DNA of 48,232 bases from Patescibacteria group bacterium. GTDB taxonomy: Bacteria; Patescibacteriota; Patescibacteriia; JAACEG01. Numbering within the stretch: the stretch's first letter is position 1; each line of letters starts with the position of its first letter. A program made the translations under genes and the position numbers. Shown piece after piece: positions 30,222 to 38,700 of this stretch. Location of the stretch: contig JAYEJU010000012.1 in the NCBI GenBank assembly GCA_034660655.1, forward strand, positions 1-48,232, read 5' to 3'. The notes under the pieces were generated by a model. It did not search any database. It had not been told where the DNA came from and was given only the letters and a program-made list of their open reading frames with translations.

Positions 30222-30274
30222 AAAAGGGGTATAAGGAGTGTTTTTTCCGCTATGCTACGAAAACGATTTATTTT
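30222..30274 (+). repeat. ~52-nt G-box plus hairpin element upstream of the nuclease island
   Basis: aaaaggggtataaggagtgttttttccgctatgctacgaaaacgatttatttt matches the reverse complement of 3541-3594. It lies 44 nt before the ATG at 30319. Confidence 0.6.
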
Positions 30275-30318
30275 AATTTTTTATTGATGTATAATTATAA
30301 TAACTTTAAACCATATTT

Positions 30319-31188
30319 ATGACAAAAAATACTTTGGATAAAAAAGAGGCAATAAGATCATTGGTGCATACAGCAGTTGAAGCATACGCAGAGGGTTTTC
30401 AAGCACGACACGAGGGAGAAGTTGATAATCCAAACGGAACAATCAACATGAAAATTCATAATGTTTTTATTGCAGCGCTTGGAGAGGATATACAATATTA
30501 TTCATCTCTTGTTCGTTCCCTTGATAGTTCACTTGGGAATATGCTTGAAAAATTAGCGATAAATATTGCTGGTTTTTCATACGAGGTTAATAAACGAGTC
30601 GAAGGTCTTTTGGGGGTTGAACAAACAAGAGGTGTTGCTGAATTACTGGAAAAATACAAAAGACGAGAAATAACACCGCCAACAACAGAGGATTATCAAT
30701 TTTTAAGAGTAAACCCAAAAGACAAATCGCTAAAAACCAAAAGGCATGAAAGCGATTATTATTTAATTGATAAGGATACGAAAGACAGTTATTTGATTGA
30801 ATTAAAAATTGGAGGCGATTTAGATAACAAAAAAGCAAGATCTGAAAAGGAGGCTCTGCTGGAACAGTTTGCTATTCTCTCAAACACACTACCAAAAACT
30901 AAAAAAATAATATTATATTTCGCAACAGCGTATAATCGTTATGGCGAGGGGAAAGAATGGAAGCAAGAAAGAGTACGCCAATTTTTTGCTGATGATGAAT
31001 TGCTTATTGGAAAAGATTTTTGGGATTTTGTTTGCAAAATGGATAATGGATACGATATTGTTCTTGATACATATAAAGATGCAATCAAAAAGTTAAAGTA
31101 TAAAAAGATTAGAAATGATTTTTCAATTTTTAAAAACTTTAACAATCTTCCTTATTTTTTAAAAAATAAATTTGAACAAATTTATTAA
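30319..31188 (+). CDS. Putative type II restriction endonuclease (TdeIII-like pattern)
   Basis: SL.SSLGN..E..A; D...YLIELKIGGDLDNKKARSEKEALLEQ; AYNRYG..KEW; ELLIGKDFWDFV...Y. This agrees with my recollection of the RE_TdeIII family (D...ExK-type core). Not verified by search. Confidence 0.5.
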   Translation: MTKNTLDKKEAIRSLVHTAVEAYAEGFQARHEGEVDNPNGTINMKIHNVFIAALGEDIQYYSSLVRSLDSSLGNMLEKLAINIAGFSYEVNKRVEGLLGVEQTRGVAELLEKYKRREITPPTTEDYQFLRVNPKDKSLKTKRHESDYYLIDKDTKDSYLIELKIGGDLDNKKARSEKEALLEQFAILSNTLPKTKKIILYFATAYNRYGEGKEWKQERVRQFFADDELLIGKDFWDFVCKMDNGYDIVLDTYKDAIKKLKYKKIRNDFSIFKNFNNLPYFLKNKFEQIY

Positions 31189-31193
31189 TATTT

Positions 31194-31835
31194 ATGACTA
31201 AAGTTGAAGCGATAAAAAAAGTTCTTGAGGATAATGGAGGTATTGCGACATGGGAAATTATCTACAACGAGATTGAAAAATATTATCCAGAAGCGAAAAA
31301 ATCTAAAGAATGGTCAGCTGGTATTCGTGGTGTTTTATATAGAGAAATTAAAAATAATAAGAATTTTAAAAAGATTAACGAGGGGACATTTTCTATTGCT
31401 GATTATGATGAAACTAAACTTGCATTGTCGCCAAAAGACTTAATAACTACAAAAGATATACTAACTGCAATCCGCATAGGGCAAAGTCAATTTAGAAAAA
31501 AACTTATTACTTCGTTAAAAAAATGCCCGATTACTGGAATTGATGATACCCGTATTCTAACTGCCAGTCATATTAAACCATGGACACAAGCAACAAATCA
31601 CGAACGATTAGATGTTTGCAACGGATTTTTGTTTAGCCCGACATTTGATAGGCTCTTCGATAGGGGAATTATAAGTTTTTCAAATGACAAACAATTGTTG
31701 GTATCTAAAAGTTTTTCAGAAAAAAATCTTTTAAGGCTCAATTTAAAACATCATCAGATAATTGAAAATTTACCAATTATTGGAAGAGAAGAATATTTGG
31801 AATATCATCGTGACAAGATATTTCTTCATAACTAA
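31194..31835 (+). CDS. HNH endonuclease (HNH_2-type) with N-terminal winged-helix domain
   Basis: QSQFRKKL...CPITG......LTASHIKPW......RLDVCNGFLFSPTFDRLFDRGIISF. Confidence 0.8.
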   Translation: MTKVEAIKKVLEDNGGIATWEIIYNEIEKYYPEAKKSKEWSAGIRGVLYREIKNNKNFKKINEGTFSIADYDETKLALSPKDLITTKDILTAIRIGQSQFRKKLITSLKKCPITGIDDTRILTASHIKPWTQATNHERLDVCNGFLFSPTFDRLFDRGIISFSNDKQLLVSKSFSEKNLLRLNLKHHQIIENLPIIGREEYLEYHRDKIFLHN

Positions 31836-31844
31836 CTCAAATAT

Positions 31845-32666
31845 ATGACAACAAAAATTGCTATTTTTCAAAAAAAAGAAATTCGCAAAACTATTTATAA
31901 AAATGAGTGGTGGTTTTCAGTCGCTGATGTGATTGAAGCACTTACAGATACGGTTGATGTTAGGGATTATATAAAAAAGATGAGAAAACGGGATAAGGAA
32001 TTAAATTCCTACTGGGGGACAAATTGTCCCCCACTTGAAATGATCGCTAAAGATGGCAAAAAAAGGAAAATAATCAGCGCTAATACTGAGGGTCTTTTTC
32101 GTGTTATCCAATCAATTCCGTCGCCAAAAGCCGAGCCATTTAAACGTTGGTTGGCGAAAGTTGGTTATGAACGAATACAGGAAATAGAAGATCCTGAATT
32201 GGCAACAAAACGAACAAGAGCTATTTATAAAGCAAAAGGTTATTCGGACGCTTGGATTAAAAAACGAATGCGTGGAATTGAAGTTAGAGAAACTTTAACA
32301 AATGAATGGAAAAATCGTGGCGTGAAAAAAGAGCAAGAATATGCGATTTTAACAGCTGAAATTTCTAAAGCAACTTTTGGAATGACGCCGAGCGAATATC
32401 AAAAGTTTAAAGGATTAAAACGAGAAAACTTACGAGATCATATGAATGATTTAGAATTGATTTTTACCATGCTTGGTGAAGCGTCAACAACGGAAATCGC
32501 GAAAAATAAAAATACGCAAGGATTTGTCGAAAATCAAACAGCGGCTAAAGATGGTGGCGCCATTGCGGGAGATGCTCGAAAAAAACTTGAACTTAAAAGC
32601 GGTAAAAAAATTTCAACAAACAAAAATTATTTACCAAAGATAGAGGATAAAAAAAGATTGAATTAG
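31845..32666 (+). CDS. Bro-N domain / DinD-like (antirepressor-type) protein
   Basis: N-terminal Bro-N-like WWFSVADVIEAL... and RVIQSIPSPKAEPFKRWLAKVG. The C-terminal LRDHMNDLELIFTMLGE..T.EI...GG.IAGDARK resembles the DinD family. Confidence 0.7.
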   Translation: MTTKIAIFQKKEIRKTIYKNEWWFSVADVIEALTDTVDVRDYIKKMRKRDKELNSYWGTNCPPLEMIAKDGKKRKIISANTEGLFRVIQSIPSPKAEPFKRWLAKVGYERIQEIEDPELATKRTRAIYKAKGYSDAWIKKRMRGIEVRETLTNEWKNRGVKKEQEYAILTAEISKATFGMTPSEYQKFKGLKRENLRDHMNDLELIFTMLGEASTTEIAKNKNTQGFVENQTAAKDGGAIAGDARKKLELKSGKKISTNKNYLPKIEDKKRLN

Positions 32667-32677
32667 AATAGTGGGTT

Positions 32678-33109
32678 TTGAATAATGTAATGTTGGTAAA
32701 AATTGACGCTATGCCTAATTTTAACGGCAGAAGATTTACGAATAACCATGAAACGCTAATTTGGGCGGTAAAAAATAAAAATTGCAAAAATTATACTTTT
32801 AATAACGAATTTTTGAAGCAAATGAATGGCGGACAGCAAATGAAAGACACGGATTGGGTGTTTAAAATTTGTCGCGGAGCAGAAAGATTAAAAGATGAAA
32901 ACGGCATAAAAGCTCACCCCACGCAAAAACCGCTTAAACTTATTCAGCAAGTTTTGTTAGCGGCAAGCAAAAAAGACGATATTGTTTTAGATCCATTTTT
33001 GGGAAGCGGTACTACCGCTTTCGTTGCCAAAGCGCTTGGCAGAAATTGGATAGGAATTGAGAAAGAAAAAAAATATGTTGATTTAGCAGACAGTAGGTTG
33101 AGACAATAA
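32678..33109 (+). pseudogene. 5'-truncated CcrM/HinfI-type N6-adenine DNA methyltransferase (C-terminal ~140 aa only)
   Basis: MPNFNGRRFTNNHETLIWA...ERLKDENG.KAHPTQKPLKL...VLDPFLGSGTTAFVAK aligns with the C-terminal half of CcrM as I recall it ([21 protein letters not shown]...HPTQKP...DPFFGSGT). The DPPY motif-IV region is absent and there is no ATG start. Confidence 0.75.
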
Positions 33110-33119
33110 TTTTGAAATC

Positions 33120-34724
33120 ATGAAAATTTCCAAAATAATAACTGAAAATTACCGCTCAATTCAAAAGACCGAAATTTTACCGAATAATTTTTCGGTTTTT
33201 GTGGGTCAAAATAATCATGGCAAAACTAACTTTTTTGAATCAATAGAATGGTTTTATACCGCGAAATCATCCAAAGCAGACGAGCATTTTAATAAAGATG
33301 AAACAAATAAAATATCTGTAGAAATCTTTTTTGAAGATGTAGTCGAATCTGATATTGAAAAATTAACTACTGACGCAAACAAAACAAAAATAAAAACAAT
33401 GCTTGGCGAGCATAAAAATTTTTCTGTTTTGAAAACCAGCACAGATCATAAAAGAAAATATTTTGTTAATGACGAAGACAAGGGTAATCCGTCTGGCTTA
33501 GACACAGCTATAAATGAATTTTTACCAAAATTAGAATACGTGAATACAAAAATATGTCTTGATGATGTTTCAAAGTATAAAGACAAAAATCCAATAGGCA
33601 CAATGCTATCAGGAGTCTTAACTGCAATTATTGAAAATTCTCAGGATTATATAGATTTTAAAGCACAATTTTCAAAATTATTTGATAGCGACTCCTCTGA
33701 AGTGCGGCAAGAATTAGACAAGCTGGGAACAAAAGTTGAAATATATTTGCAAAAACAATTTCCAGACGGTACAAAAGTTAAATTCGGAGTTAATCCTCCA
33801 AATTTTAACGACTTGCTAAAAAGTTTTGACACAACAGTTGATGATGGTATTGAAACAAAGGCGGAAGATAAAGGCGATGGAATGCAAAGAGCTATAATGC
33901 TATCAATTATTCAAGCATTCGCAGATTATAGAAAAGAAAAGAGTGGTGGCGGAACATTTCTATTTTTAATTGACGAGGCAGAATTACATCTACACCCTTC
34001 GGCCCAACGAGCGTTGAAAAAAGCCTTGATTGATATTTGCACAACCGATCAAGTTTTTATCAATACTCATTCATCGGTTTTAGTGGTAGAAGATAATAAA
34101 TGTCAAAAAATTTTTAAAGTAGAAAAAACAAATAAGATTACCGACATAACAGAAGTTGGCGAAGCAGAAAAAATTGATGTTATTTTTGATTTATTAGGTG
34201 GCAGTCCTTCCGATCTTTTTTTGCCAAGAAATTTTTTAATCGTCGAAGGCAGAAGTGAATTTGAATTTATAAATTGCATAATCAAACGTTTTTATATTTC
34301 AAAATACAAAGGAATAAAAATAATTTTTGCGGGTGGCGATATTGACGAGCAAGAACCAAGCTTACTCGCTGTCCACAAACTTTTTGTACCATTGGCAGGA
34401 TCTGATAATCCGATATATAAAGACAAGGCAGTAGTACTAATTGATAAACCAAACAGCAAACAACAAACAAAATATGATCAATTCAAAGCTGGCTATCCAT
34501 ATTTATTTGAGAATAAACAGGTTTTTGAATTAGATGTTGAAACACTTGAGCAATATTATCCTAATGGATACAAAAAAGCAAAAAACGAGATAGATGCGAA
34601 TAAAAAAGTTGAATACACAAAAGAGGTTGCTACGAATATTACAAAAGAGCAATTTGAATCAGAAATGAAAATCATATTTGATGCGTTGGAAGCTGTCAAT
34701 ACAAAAGGATTTAATCCGAATTGA
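33120..34724 (+). CDS. OLD-family-like ABC-type ATPase with C-terminal Toprim-like nuclease domain
   Basis: Walker A GQNNHGKT, signature-like GDGMQR, Walker B FLFLIDEAELHLHP, and H-loop NTHS. The C-terminal FLIVEGRSEFEF ... GGDIDE is Toprim E / DxD-like. Confidence 0.7.
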   Translation: MKISKIITENYRSIQKTEILPNNFSVFVGQNNHGKTNFFESIEWFYTAKSSKADEHFNKDETNKISVEIFFEDVVESDIEKLTTDANKTKIKTMLGEHKNFSVLKTSTDHKRKYFVNDEDKGNPSGLDTAINEFLPKLEYVNTKICLDDVSKYKDKNPIGTMLSGVLTAIIENSQDYIDFKAQFSKLFDSDSSEVRQELDKLGTKVEIYLQKQFPDGTKVKFGVNPPNFNDLLKSFDTTVDDGIETKAEDKGDGMQRAIMLSIIQAFADYRKEKSGGGTFLFLIDEAELHLHPSAQRALKKALIDICTTDQVFINTHSSVLVVEDNKCQKIFKVEKTNKITDITEVGEAEKIDVIFDLLGGSPSDLFLPRNFLIVEGRSEFEFINCIIKRFYISKYKGIKIIFAGGDIDEQEPSLLAVHKLFVPLAGSDNPIYKDKAVVLIDKPNSKQQTKYDQFKAGYPYLFENKQVFELDVETLEQYYPNGYKKAKNEIDANKKVEYTKEVATNITKEQFESEMKIIFDALEAVNTKGFNPN

Positions 34725-34745
34725 AATTAGAATAAGGAGTTTTTT

Positions 34746-34781
34746 ATTTTTGGCATTCACCCCTACCCCTCTGCCAAAAAT
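34746..34781. repeat. G-box hairpin repeat (stem atttttggca/tgccaaaaat, loop ttcacccctacccctc)
   Basis: The loop is near-identical to the loops at 23-39 (reverse complement) and 37883-37905. The stem sequence is unrelated but still self-complementary. Confidence 0.6.
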
Positions 34782-34869
34782 AAAAAGACAAAAAAACTTA
34801 TCTTATTTAAAAGCAGATTGAGAAAAGAATAATAAGGATGAAAAAAATTTACATCACATAACAAAGTAT

Positions 34870-35424
34870 ATGAGGGAAAAGAAAAAGAGCATTTTAAACT
34901 TTTCAGCGGTTGCACTTTTTCTTTCACCCAAATTTCGCTTCCTCTATGATAAAATAATAAGGAAGTCGGCGAAACTTCTCATATTCGGATACGTTATATG
35001 CAATTCAAAAAATATAGGAATGGCAGGGATTAGAATTGGGTATATTTTAACCTCTGAATGTTTAGCGGGAATGATAGAAAAATTTAAGCCGATGATGGAG
35101 GTAAGCTCTTTGGCGGTAAATGCAATTGTAGCTATTTGTTCCAGTAGGAAATATTTAAAGAGTGCCGTAAAAGATATTGTTATTTCACGGGGTAAGTTTA
35201 CATATGGTTTAAGAGATTTAGGGTATAATGCTATTGAAAGAGGAGGTAATTTTATTCTTGTTGATTTTGGAGATAAGCGAAAGGAGGTCTTAGAAAGTTT
35301 AGGAAAGAATAATATAGAATATAGAATTTTTGGCAGTCCACTGAAAAAATATACCAGAATAACAGTCGGGAAATACAAGATAATGAACTATGTATTGAAA
35401 ATTATTAGAAAACATAATAAATAA
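34870..35424 (+). pseudogene. Remnant of a class I/II (HisC-like) aminotransferase; C-terminal ~140 aa only
   Basis: NSKNIGMAGIRIGY (PLP-Lys context, cf. SFSK..GLAGLR.GY), then GGNFILVDF and TRITVG. The ~200 N-terminal residues of the fold are missing. Confidence 0.65.
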
Positions 35425-35534
35425 TTGAATATTTTTTTGAAATTTACTTTTATTTATTGATATTGACTTTTAGGTTAAAATATATTAAATTATTATTATG
35501 TCAAAATAAAAAATTAAACTTAAGAAGAAAAGTT

Positions 35535-36977
35535 ATGATAAAAATCTATAATTCTTTAACAAGAAAAAAGGAAGATTTTGTACCGCTTTTGGAGGGTGAG
35601 TTGAAAATGTATGCTTGTGGTATAACTCCTTATGATGAAATTCATATTGGACATGCTAGACAAGCAGTCGTTTATGATGTTGTTAGGGCTTATTTTGAAT
35701 ATCTTGGATATAAGATTACATATGTAAGAAATTTTACAGATGTAGATGACAAGATAATCAAAAGAGCAAATGAGGAGGGCAGAGATAGTATAGAGGTAAG
35801 CGAGCATTATATCAAGGAAAATTCAGAAGATTTGGAAAAACTTAAAGTTAAGCACGCTACCCATGAGCCAAAAGTCACTGATTGTATTGCTGACATAATA
35901 GAGTATATTCAGGTTCTTATCGACAAAGGTTTTGCCTATGTTGTTAAAGGCGAAGTGTTTTTTGATATCGATAAATTTACTGAATACGGCAAGTTGTCCA
36001 ACCGGAAAAGAGATGATTTGATAGACTCTGAAGATTCTCCAAACAAAAAGAATAACAATGATTTTGCTTTGTGGAAACCTCATAAGCCAGGCGAGCCATA
36101 CTGGGATTCGCCTTGGTCAAAAGGTCGGCCTGGATGGCACATCGAATGTTCAGTAATGGCTCATAAATATCTTGGCGATGAAATAGATATCCATGGAGGC
36201 GGATTGGATTTAATATTTCCTCATCATGAAAATGAAATTGCTCAAAGCGAGGCTTATTCAGGTAAAGCTTTTGCAAAATACTGGGTTCATAATGGTCTGG
36301 TAATGATCAACGGAACTAAGATGAGTAAAAGTTTGGGAAATTTTTTGACAGTTAAGGATGCTTTGAAAAAATATTTTCCAGAAGAAATCAGATATGTAAT
36401 ATTAACCAATACTTATAGTTCTAATATCGATTTTTTAGATGATCTATTCTTGAATGCCAGAAAGAGACTTTATTATTTTTATACTACTCTTTTGCGAATG
36501 GAGGAATTTGCCAATGGTGCGGATGCTAAAGTTGATTCAGATCGAGTCCCTGGAGTTATTATCGGTCTTGAGGGAAAGTTTAATGAGTTAATGGATGATA
36601 ATTTTAATACTCCTAGAGTAATTTCCGAAATAACGGAAATATTCAAAGAGTTGAATAAGATTATTGATTCCAATAAATATTCTACCGAAGAAAAGAGCGG
36701 TATCTTTAAATCCTTTTTCCAAATTTTTAACAAAATTTCTTCTGTTTTAAGACTCTTTGAAGATAGTCCAAATGAATATCTTTCAAAATTAAAAGAGAAA
36801 ATCTTGACAGAAAAAAATATAACTGAGAATTTTATTAATTCAAAGCTGGAAGAGCGTCAATCTGCCAAAAAAATAAAAGACTATGAAAAGGCAGATAGTA
36901 TAAAGGAGGAACTAAAATCAAAGGGGATATCAATTCAAGATTCTCCTGATTCTGTAAAATGGGAAATTATTTTTTAG
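35535..36977 (+). CDS. cysS: Cysteine--tRNA ligase
   Basis: Start moved to ATG 35535 (MIKIYNSLTRKKEDF). HIGHAR and KMSKS motifs and WHIECS are present. Confidence 0.93.
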   Translation: MIKIYNSLTRKKEDFVPLLEGELKMYACGITPYDEIHIGHARQAVVYDVVRAYFEYLGYKITYVRNFTDVDDKIIKRANEEGRDSIEVSEHYIKENSEDLEKLKVKHATHEPKVTDCIADIIEYIQVLIDKGFAYVVKGEVFFDIDKFTEYGKLSNRKRDDLIDSEDSPNKKNNNDFALWKPHKPGEPYWDSPWSKGRPGWHIECSVMAHKYLGDEIDIHGGGLDLIFPHHENEIAQSEAYSGKAFAKYWVHNGLVMINGTKMSKSLGNFLTVKDALKKYFPEEIRYVILTNTYSSNIDFLDDLFLNARKRLYYFYTTLLRMEEFANGADAKVDSDRVPGVIIGLEGKFNELMDDNFNTPRVISEITEIFKELNKIIDSNKYSTEEKSGIFKSFFQIFNKISSVLRLFEDSPNEYLSKLKEKILTEKNITENFINSKLEERQSAKKIKDYEKADSIKEELKSKGISIQDSPDSVKWEIIF

Positions 36978-37040
36978 TAATTAAATTTTTTATTGGCACT
37001 ATCCAGGTAGCGCCATTTATTTTATTATTATTTTTGCAAT

Positions 37041-37832
37041 ATGACTAAATTAGAAATAAAAATGTTAAATTTTTTGAAGGAGTTAAAGAAAAAATATTCA
37101 GTCGTTGGCATAAAGGCTGAATTTGAAGCAGAAGGAAGTCGCTTGACTGAACTTTTACGCTTAAAGGAGATAGTCGCCAAAGCTGGCTTGGGTTTGACTA
37201 TAAAAACAGGAGGCGCTGAAGCTATTAGGGATTTATATGATGCAAGGCTTATTGGTGTTTCCGGTATAGTCGCTCCTATGATTGAATCTCCTTTTGCTTT
37301 AAAAAAATTTTTATCGGCAATAGACACAGCTTTCCCAGAAAAAGAGGAAAGAGAGGATATTTCCTTTTTCGTTAATATAGAAACAATTGATGCATATAAT
37401 AATTTTGACGAAATGCTTGAGATAGAGAATATAAATAAATTAGCAGGAATTGTTTTGGGTAGATCAGATATGTCTTGTTCTCTTGGGCTCGCAAAGAAAG
37501 ATATTAACTCAACTAAATTATTTAAAATAGCAGAAACTCTTATTAAAAAAATAAAAAAGAAAGATTTAAAATTTATAATTGGCGGATCTGTTGATATTAA
37601 ATCTTTAGATTTTTTTAATAAACTTCCGAAAACTAATTTTGTTGGATTTGAAACCAGAAAAGTAATATTTGAATGCCCAACTGCGCTTAATCGACAAGCT
37701 AAGGAGGGAATACAAAAGGCCTTGGAATTTGAGTTATTATGGTTACTGAATAAAAAAGATTATTATAATAAAATTTCAGCTGAAGATAGCGAGAGAATTA
37801 AAAAATTACAAAAAAAGTATAATCTTAAATAA
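37041..37832 (+). CDS. HpcH/HpaI aldolase / citrate-lyase-beta-like TIM-barrel protein (tentative)
   Basis: IVAPMIESP.A, VNIETIDAYNNFDEML and GRSDMSCSLG resemble the HpcH_HpaI pattern (PM.E...E, IE, G..DL..SLG). Confidence 0.5.
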   Translation: MTKLEIKMLNFLKELKKKYSVVGIKAEFEAEGSRLTELLRLKEIVAKAGLGLTIKTGGAEAIRDLYDARLIGVSGIVAPMIESPFALKKFLSAIDTAFPEKEEREDISFFVNIETIDAYNNFDEMLEIENINKLAGIVLGRSDMSCSLGLAKKDINSTKLFKIAETLIKKIKKKDLKFIIGGSVDIKSLDFFNKLPKTNFVGFETRKVIFECPTALNRQAKEGIQKALEFELLWLLNKKDYYNKISAEDSERIKKLQKKYNLK

Positions 37833-37867
37833 ATGTTTATACTTAGAGATTAAATAATAATAAAGAG

Positions 37868-37920
37868 TTTTAGGCAAAGGGAATTCACCCTTTTAATTTC
37901 CCTCTTCCCTTTGCCTAAAA
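37868..37920. repeat. G-box hairpin repeat (stem ttttaggcaaaggga/tccctttgcctaaaa)
   Basis: 15-bp perfect stem with loop attcacccttttaatttccctct, related to the loops of the 1-58 and 34746-34781 copies. Confidence 0.6.
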
Positions 37921-37989
37921 CAAAAAAATCAAATTTTCTTTTCTAGTAGAAAAGGTTTAAAATAATTAAAACGAGATAAAAAATTTACT

Positions 37990-38305
37990 CTGCGGATTTG
38001 CTTTTCAAAGTTATTCTGGAAATTTATATTTAAATCAGTATTAAAATCAGTTTTTCTTTTCACGTTCATCCAAAGCAAATCCTTGTCCCGTTGCGCCTGC
38101 CTGCCGGCAGGCAGGCTCTCCTCCTTTCAGTCGTCGTGGCGTAAACAAGGGATAAAAGGAAAATTGCTCGGCTCGCAATTTTCCCAAATTTTTTTTGCTA
38201 CGCTCTGAAAATTTTTTTTATCCCCGATGTTATCGGAAATAATCAAAAGTTTTTTATCAGCTTAGCGGATAATTATTTGGGGCTATTTTTTATTTTTATA
38301 TTACA
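37990..38305 (+). repeat. Long palindromic repeat, copy A (GC core 38095-38114; right arm shared with copy B)
   Basis: Core cctgcctgccggcaggcagg. 38221-38300 (ccccgatgttatcggaaataatc...tcagcttagcggataattatttggggctattttttattttt) is near-identical to 40110-40180. Extra hairpins are ggaaaattgc/gcaattttcc and ggatttgcttt/aaagcaaatcc. Confidence 0.75.
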
Positions 38306-38311
38306 AAAACC

Positions 38312-38341
38312 CTTAACAAAATGGGGGGGGTAGTGATAAGG
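38312..38341 (+). promoter_or_regulatory. Candidate promoter (duplicate of the one at 40198-40225)
   Basis: TTAACA-18 nt-(TGA)TAAGGT. The surrounding block cttaacaaaatgggg...tagtgataaggta aligns with 40196-40226. Confidence 0.55.
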
Positions 38342-38404
38342 TATCAATGACTATCATGGTGGTAGTTAAATCGTTCATTCCAAACCAAAAGGAGGTGAGA
38401 ACCG

Positions 38405-38545
38405 ATGGGAAAAAAGAACACTCCAACACGCGGACCTTCGAAACATGGTGGTTGGGGAGGCAAGAGAGCATCTAAGGGAGGTGGCCTTTCCACAACGAAA
38501 TCCGGAGGCAAATCCGGAACTTCTGGCGGTGGCAAAAAGAAATAA
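38405..38545 (+). CDS. 46-aa Gly/Lys-rich basic peptide (below the ORF-track cut-off)
   Basis: MGKKNTPTRGPSKHGGWGGKRASKGGGLSTTKSGGKSGTSGGGKKK. GGAGG lies 10 nt upstream of the ATG. The gene has its own promoter and its own terminator (38559-38591). Confidence 0.6.
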   Translation: MGKKNTPTRGPSKHGGWGGKRASKGGGLSTTKSGGKSGTSGGGKKK

Positions 38546-38558
38546 ATGTTACCGCAAA

Positions 38559-38591
38559 GCGAGGTAGATTTCATAATTACCTCGCTTTTTT
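38559..38591 (+). terminator. Intrinsic terminator
   Basis: Stem gcgaggta/tacctcgc followed by tttttt. Confidence 0.8.
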
Positions 38592-38700
38592 AATATTACG
38601 ATACATGTTATAATATAACTAACTTAATTTGCTTACATTAATAAATAGTCAAGTGTAACGCATTAGGTTAGAATGGTCTAAATTATATTATTCCACAACT

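Noticed and set aside
31845-32666. A prophage, inferred from the Bro-N/antirepressor-like gene.
   Set aside because: There are no capsid, terminase, tail or integrase genes nearby. A single Bro-N/DinD-like gene is common in defence islands.
38344-38574. 76-aa Pro-rich ORF on the minus strand.
   Set aside because: It is antisense to the well-signalled 46-aa peptide gene, which has an SD, a promoter and a terminator on the plus strand. The ORF has no SD, and its Pro-richness simply mirrors the Gly codons opposite.
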